64,000 nucleotides of DNA from the human T2T-CHM13v2.0 reference genome, Homo sapiens. The stretch lies in NCBI RefSeq assembly GCF_009914755.1, contig NC_060930.1; one strand, written 5' to 3'. Position 1 is the first letter of the stretch, and every line of letters begins with the position of its first letter. The notes below the pieces were generated by a model, which searched no databases, was not told where the DNA came from, and saw nothing but the letters and a program-made list of their open reading frames with translations. Positions 56,817 to 64,000 of this stretch are shown here, piece by piece. A program made the position numbers and the translations under genes.

Positions 56817-57599
56817 AATAATAACCTAGGAATCTACCACCCCAAACAGAAGCTAGTGCTTTGGTAGTAATCTAACCGTATTGTCCTTTCAGTAATGCAT
56901 CCTTTGGCCTTCCTCCAATTAAGTTCACTGTCATCCTGAAGTCAGTGTTTACTTCCTTTTATTTTCCCAAAGTATATGTATTTTCATTTTAGTTGGTTTT
57001 AACTTAATAAAAAGGGCATCTTGTTGTATGTGATCTATTGGGACATCCTTTTCACTTAATATTACATTGCCTCTTTGCAGTTTAATAATTGCCCATTTAA
57101 AAGTGTACATTTGGCAGGGAGTGAGGATCAGGTTTCATTGTTGGTTTTTCTTTTGTGTTCTTAAGATATTTGTGATAAATATTTTTGTGAATGTCAGTGT
57201 TTATATAGGGCTGGATTATCATACAGATTAATTGTTAGAATGACATTTAGCATAGTGTCAGTTGTGCTGTCTAGTATATGGTTTAAGTTCGCTGAGTTCA
57301 TTATCCATTCAGATGTATCAGAAGTAGAGCTGTTTAGTTATCTTTATAGTAGAAGATTTCTGTTATGTACTTGAAATACGTTTTACATAACAGCATTTCA
57401 ATTGGGTTGCAAATGTGAAATTCACTATTGCTGTTATTAGTGACACAGCCGCATTCATTTTAGCAAAGGTTTTTATAAATTTATTACCTCTAAATTTCAT
57501 TTCTTCTACATAATGTTGGGCCCAAGGAATTATACTTGAGTAGGAAGAATTCATTCCTTTAGCATGCAATTAGCCAGTGCCAACTAGTACTTGGGATAG

Positions 57600-58450
57600 A
57601 AAACTGGAAAAAAAAAAGATCCTTTTCCTTTAAGGAGCATATAGCCTTGTGCAGAAACAAACAGGCAAGCAATTACAGTGCAATATAATAATAACAATAA
57701 TTTTTGTAGCTAGAGGCAGAGGCACAGAGTATAGCAGGCACATAGGAAGGAGAAGGGGGCGGATTGAGGAAGATTTCATAGGAGAAATAGCGTTTGAGTT
57801 GACATTTGAAGGGTAAATACAGGTTTTCTGGTTGGACAAATTGGAGGAGTGTATCCTGGGTAGAGGGAACAGCATATGCAAATAAATCAAGTCCTATTTA
57901 GGGGCCTACAAGTAGTTTAGTGTTACTGAAGTATAAATTGCAAATCTAGAGATACCATCAAATGAGATTCGTATGCTAAAGGGAGCAGTGAAGGTAAAAT
58001 AAGGGCATGAGGAGAGCGGTGAAAGTTTAGAATGGCGACCAAGGGAAATGGAAGGGGAAAGTTTAATAAGCAGCATGTAATGGGGTTGCAGAGCAATGCA
58101 GAAGCTGCATTTGGGATGAGTGCAGAAATTTGTAATGGTACTAATCTGTGATCTTCTCAAGTACTATGTAGGATTTAGCTGTGAGAATGGAGAGGGGAAA
58201 CTGAATTAATCCATACTGGAGCACTTGTATGGTAGGTGTGGTAAAAAGACAAAGGAGCCAGACTGTCAAGAGAGTGGTAGAATGTTTGATGTGATCATTA
58301 TTGGACGTACATTAGAAAAGGCAGTGAAGTCTGGATGGGACTAATATTTGGAAGGAGAATAGAGTAATAGGGCTGAAGATTAGAGTTAGTAGAAGTTCAA
58401 GAGTGAGACAGGAAAATTAGGAGGTGTGATCAGAGAGCAGTATATTGGAT
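57600..58450 (-). mobile_element. L2 fragment
   Basis: ggaagatttcataggagaaatagcgtttgagttgacatttgaagg...gggtagagggaacagcatatgcaaa. Confidence 0.6.
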
Positions 58451-58801
58451 TTTATGAATTGAGGAGATTTCTGGTTCATAGAGAGTATGAAGAAACTTTG
58501 TTCGTTGACGTCACAAAGAAAAACAAATGATAGCTAGAAGTTTTAAAATCGAGAGAAAGACAAATTATTAGGTTGCATAGGAGAAACTTATAGCTTCAGT
58601 GAAGTCCCTAGGTACATGATCAGTATACAAAAACCTATAAATAATTAAAGTATTTTTTAAGAGGCACAATTTTTAATAACAAGAACAGTAGAGACATGTA
58701 GGAATAAATCAACTAAAGGATATGCAAGACTTCTATGGAGGAAATATTTTGGCTATTACATCTTTACTAGGTATGTTTATCATAACATTTTTCCCCTTTC
58801 C

Positions 58802-59068
58802 TTTTTTAAAGACAGAGTCTTGCTCTGTCACCCAGGCTGGAGTGCAGTGGTGCAATCATGACTCACTGCAGCCTTGAGCCTCCTAGGCTCAAGCGATCCT
58901 CCTGCCTCAGCTACAGGTGTGTGCCACCATGGCCAGCTAATTTTTTTTTTAAGAGTTGGAGTCTCACTATGTTGCCCAGACTGGTCTTGAACTCTTGGCC
59001 TCAAGCAGTTGTCCCACCTTAGCCTCATAAAGTGTTGGGATTACAGGCATGAGCCACTGTGCCCAGCC
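58802..59068 (-). mobile_element. Alu (J) with an internal deletion
   Basis: Antisense Alu. Confidence 0.85.
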
Positions 59069-59355
59069 CCTCCTTTCTTTTTCTATTTGTTGCAAGAGCG
59101 TCTATTCCTCTCACTGAGAAATACATTTCTAGACTAAGCCAGACCATCAAAAAAATTGTATAGGTACTTAGACAAAATCATGTAAAACTTTGTAGAATTG
59201 ATATTACAGAATTGCTTTTACTATAATTCTTTTGGCATTATTTGATGATTTTCTAAGAAACAGGTTTATGGAAATTCTCTGTGTTTATTTTAAGTATTAC
59301 AAATGTTGATTATATCTTGTTAAATAACATGAGTTGATTAGAAAAAATTCTTTTT

Positions 59356-59724
<369 letters not shown>

Positions 59725-60886
59725 CTAATGAATGTTGAACATTTAACTTGTGTCTTTGGGTTAGAATTGGTTACTTGAACACTTAGAATCCAGTTTATTG
59801 CATACTTCAATTTAGAATATAGGACATAATGCTATTCTTTTTGTGCACTTACCTCATACCTGGCTTCATGTTATCTTTCCAGTTTTAGTTTCTGTTTGTC
59901 TCATTTTCTTTATTTTAAATTTACTTATTATAGTGTATACTTCTTTGGAGTTATCTTAAATCCTATTTTTAGGGATAGGGTGAAGCAAAACATGTAAGCA
60001 AGCATGCAAACAAATAAGCAATATTTACAAGTCAAGGAGTACTTAAAATCATTAGTAGGCCAATGAGAAGGCAACTCTAATTGTTCTGAGGGCAAATCAT
60101 CTGGGACCAATGCCCACAGTTAATCTTTTCTTCCTGGGCAAATCATTTGGGACTGATAGTCCACAGTTAAACTTAATCTTTTCTTCTTGGCTGCTCTGGA
60201 AAAAATGCTAGACTTAGAGCTTTTCTTTGGTAATATAAATATCTCTGCACTCAAGAAACATTTCTAATTACTCATTCATTCATTGTTCTTTTAAATAATT
60301 CACTGGGTGCTTGCAACATTGAGAATTCCATCCATTCTTTGCAAATATTCTCACAAAGGCATTTTCCAATATTGATGAAAGATCCATTGTGTGCTGAGGA
60401 ATGTGAAGTATCACCAGCTTTAATATGAATATAAGCCCGAAGATGTTGGTTTGTTGTTACTGCTCCTGTAATTCCTTTCTTGATTCCAGAGGTATTAGGT
60501 ACTGTTGATTAAAAATACTTATGTTTTTCAAAAGTTTCAACAAAACATTATAAAAAATAGAAGCTGGAGGGAGAACAACATTCTTTTCCCCTCATACAAT
60601 CACTGTTATACTTGCTTTTAATCTTTTATGTGTGTATTGTACTATTGTTTTTATTATAATTTTTATGCACTTTTATAAGGAACCTAAATATTTGAATATA
60701 CATGGAAAACTTTATTCACTTACTGAAGCAACATGTATTTATTAATTATTGGGGACTTACTGTGTCAGGCATTGAAGTTTAGATATAGCCTCTATTTACA
60801 TAGTGTTCAGATATTCAGAATGTTCAGCACATGGGATTTTTGTCAATATTTTACTTCTTTAGATATATTTTTAAAAGAATGCCTCA

Positions 60887-61040
60887 GGCTGGGCACACTG
60901 GCTTGCGCCGATAATCCCAGCCACTCAGCAGACTGAGGTAGGAGGATCACTTGAGCTCAGGGCCTGGAGGTTACAGTGAGCCATGATTGTGCCACTACAC
61001 TCTAGCCTGGGCAATGGAGTGAGACCCCATCTCAAAAAAA
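60887..61040 (+). mobile_element. FRAM / Alu monomer
   Basis: Sense monomer; TSD aaaagaatgcct. Confidence 0.75.
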
Positions 61041-61313
61041 GAATGCCTTAGGATTAGTGCCACTTTAACCCAACAGTATCAGTAAAATGATTTAATATTT
61101 GTTTTTGTACCATATTTTATAAGCTGTTTGTTCAAATGATATATTCTAACTCTCAGAAGAATATATTCCATTGACCAAAGTTTCTTAAAACTTTGTAATA
61201 AATTGTATGTATATGCCTACACAGGAATATTAAAATTTTGTTCATTCAAAATAATGGAGACAGAGCTAGACTGACTTACTGTAAAGCAGGATAATTTGTA
61301 AAGAAAGTAATTC

Positions 61314-61810
61314 TAGTTGACCTTTGAACAATGTGGGGATTGGTGCCCAGAACCCTGCGTAGTCAGAATTCCCCATGTAACTTTCGACTCCTCCAGAAGT
61401 TTACTACTAATAGTCTACTATTGACTGAAAGCCTTATTGATAACATAAACAATTGATTAACACATATTGTATATGTTACATGTATTATTAATATATACTA
61501 TATTCTTACGATAAATAATTTAGAGAAAAGAAGATGCTATTAAGAGAATCCTAAGAAAGAGAATACATGTTTGCTGTTGATTAAGTGGAAGTGGATGATC
61601 ATAAAGGTTTTCAACCTCATCATTTTCACATTGAGTGGACTGAGGAAGAGGAGGAGTGAGTCTTGCTGTCTTAGGGGTGGCAGAGGCACAAGAGGTGGAG
61701 GTGGAAGTGGGGAGGCAGGAGGGGCAGGCACACGTGTGTAACTTCTGTTGAAAAATATCCATATATAAGTGGACCTGCTTAGTTCAAACCTGTGTTGTTC
61801 AAAGTTTGAG
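61314..61810 (+). mobile_element. Tigger2-family (Tigger2a/b) DNA transposon
   Basis: agttgacctttgaacaa... and ...gttcaaacctgtgttgttcaa termini; internal aagtggaagtggatgatcataaagg. Confidence 0.75.
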
Positions 61811-62048
61811 TCTGATTTACCTAATTTTCATGGAGAGAGTTTTTAGATTTACAAGTTAAAAAAATAAATTCTTAAAGTGTTACATAGTTCTTAGGAAAAA
61901 AGGAACCAATTTCAGACACTACTCTTTGTACTCATTACTAAATATTGGCAGGATAAAGAGTCATTTAGAATTTTTAATGTGTAAAATTGAAGAAAATTAT
62001 TGGACATTTTGAACTAGTAAAGTCTAAATTGATGAGCTTTTACCATTA

Positions 62049-62540
62049 ATGGGGGTCAGGATATGCTACTCCATAATATTTTAAGCTAAAGGAATTTGAG
62101 AAAACAGCAGAAGTAGGAAAGTCACTCTCTGCCCTCCTGCCCTTCCCTGAAGGAGGTCATAAGACCCACATTTGAGATATGCGCTCTCTATGCCTGGAGG
62201 AATGGAACATCCTCCTTTCTGAGGACACCGGGTCACAGAGGAGAAGCTGAGTCAGTAGGCCTTGCTAAGTTTCCCCCAGTTTATTGCCATTAGATCATAC
62301 TTTTTAATTCAATTGTACTTCTCCACAACTATCCACTTCTTCATCAAACATAGCATAAAAATACACAGGTTTACATGTTTATTTGGGTCATTATTTTCTT
62401 ATAAAAGGTCCCATGTCTCATAAAACTTCTATTAAATAAATTGGTATGCTTGTCTCTTGTTAATCTGTCTTTTTTATGGAGTTGTCTATAACAATGAATA
62501 TAGGATGGGTGAGAAAAAGATATTTCTTTTTTCCTACACC
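62049..62540 (+). mobile_element. MER34A-like solo LTR
   Basis: ggggtcaggatatgc...gagaaaacagcagaagtaggaaagtcactctctgccctcc; poly-A-signal-like attaaataaa. Confidence 0.7.
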
Positions 62541-63646
62541 ATTAAAATTATGCTGTTACTAACAGTTATTTTTGGTACCTGCTGGTGGGCTAAAGAGACC
62601 AAGCCCTTCTTTGCATCACATGTACATGTGGGCTTATGGTGGTAGCCACTTGAGGGAGCAGGTAAGGTGTATGGCATCAGAGGCTGTGTCTCAGCTTCCT
62701 AGCTTGACCTTGAGTGATCCTGTGTGTTTTTTTTTTTTCCAGAATAAAACAGCACCTTCTTTCCTAGAATTACCCAGTAGCTGATAGAATTAAGAAGATA
62801 TTGAAAATTTTGCATTTATATGGCATGTTCCCACATTTTATAATGAATGATGAAATTGCATTGAAAAGCTTTTTGCATAGAAATGGATATGTGATTTCAT
62901 TCATTTTTTCAGCCATATATAATTTTAAGCTTGCGAGACTGAGAGATTGCTAAAAATTTAGCCCACTAGAATTATAATAGTTCTTGCAAAACTTTTTTTT
63001 TTAAATAGAAAAGTGCCCTTGGTTAGCATGATAAAAGATTCTAAGTACATTTATCTCATACAAGAAAAAATGAAAGGTTTTTAGAATGTTCATTTGAACA
63101 TTATGCTTTCTTTCATTTTGACTGTCATTTCCCCCAAAAGATGGAGAGACTACATTCCGTGTTTTCTGCTCCTTGTGAAGAATCTGTTCAGTTTCTGGTA
63201 TCTTTAGGCCCTTCTAGGGTGCTCTATTACTACATGAAGTCTTGGATTTCTGACCACCACAGGCTGGTGGGTGTCCCAGCAGCCTGCTAACCGTTCCCCT
63301 AATGGCTTGGGCTACGCTTTCTTCAGAAACGTAAAAATAACTTAGCCACACTTCACTTAGAAGACCAGCTTGTCTTCTTAACTAGGATGGCTGCATTCAC
63401 AGACCTGCACCATTGAGGCCATTAGAGCCTTAGTTTTATACCCTGCCTCTGTTTGCATATGCCTCCAAGCACACTTCATCCTTCCTCTCCTTTCTCATCT
63501 CTCTCTTAATCCTTTTTATTCTCACCTCTTTTATTTACTTGATTTTCAATCAAACACTTTCTAAATGGACTGACTTTGTACCAGGCATTATTCTAATTAT
63601 CTTATTAAATATCAATTTCATCCTGACAAACCTATGAGGTATGGGC

Positions 63647-64000
63647 TGTCTTCGTTCATTTTGTGTTGCTATAACAGAATACTTGAGGCTGGGTAATTTA
63701 TGAAGGAAAGACGTTTATTGAGCTCACAATTTTGCAGGCTGGGAAGTTCAAGAGCATAGCACTGCACTGGCTGGCTCCCGGTGAGAACCACATGCTGGGT
63801 CAAAACATGGCAGAGAAGTGGAAAAGTGAGTGGGTGCATGCAAAGAGATCACTTGCCGATAGAGGAAGCAAGTGAGAATCTAGGAAGCCTAATTCACTTT
63901 TATGAGAGCGTACTCTTTAGTAACTAATCCAGTCCCATGAAAGTGAGAACATACTCCTGATGTAAGGCATTCATCTATTTATGAGGGATCCACCCCTGTG
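63647..64000 (-). mobile_element. MST (MSTC/D-like) MaLR LTR, truncated by the window end
   Basis: tgtgttgctataacagaatacttgaggctgggtaatttat... Confidence 0.75.

Overview
Human (hominid) genomic DNA, dense in repeats, containing the CpG-island promoter and the first five coding exons of the long isoform of AKAP7 (AKAP18 gamma/delta) on the + strand. The exons are 22205-22223, 31726-31857, 46500-46639, 51522-51658 and 55554-55714 (589 nt, MERPEAGGINSNE...VNSLLEIA). They include the KKRKKKRK NLS and the first HxT motif of the 2H/2',5'-phosphodiesterase domain. The gene continues beyond the window. Most of the rest is interspersed repeats: about 38 Alus, L1/L2/MIR, HSMAR2, MER/Tigger DNA transposons, solo LTRs, a full-length sense MST (MaLR) provirus and a young antisense SVA. 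Most ORFs in the track are repeat-derived or chance. Main leads: (1) an in-frame upstream ATG (21935) adds a 90-aa Arg/Leu-rich, acid-free extension resembling a mitochondrial presequence, partly encoded by a CNG triplet repeat; (2) exons 2-5 (570 nt) and 3-5 (438 nt) would form stop-less circRNA reading frames; (3) a non-Alu 186-bp, 89%-identical inverted repeat lies about 9-10 kb upstream; (4) there are two TPRT-type transduction or orphan insertions; (5) intron 4 holds a near-perfect 25-bp hairpin. Repeat family names are from recognition of consensus sequences, not a RepeatMasker run, and repeat boundaries are approximate.
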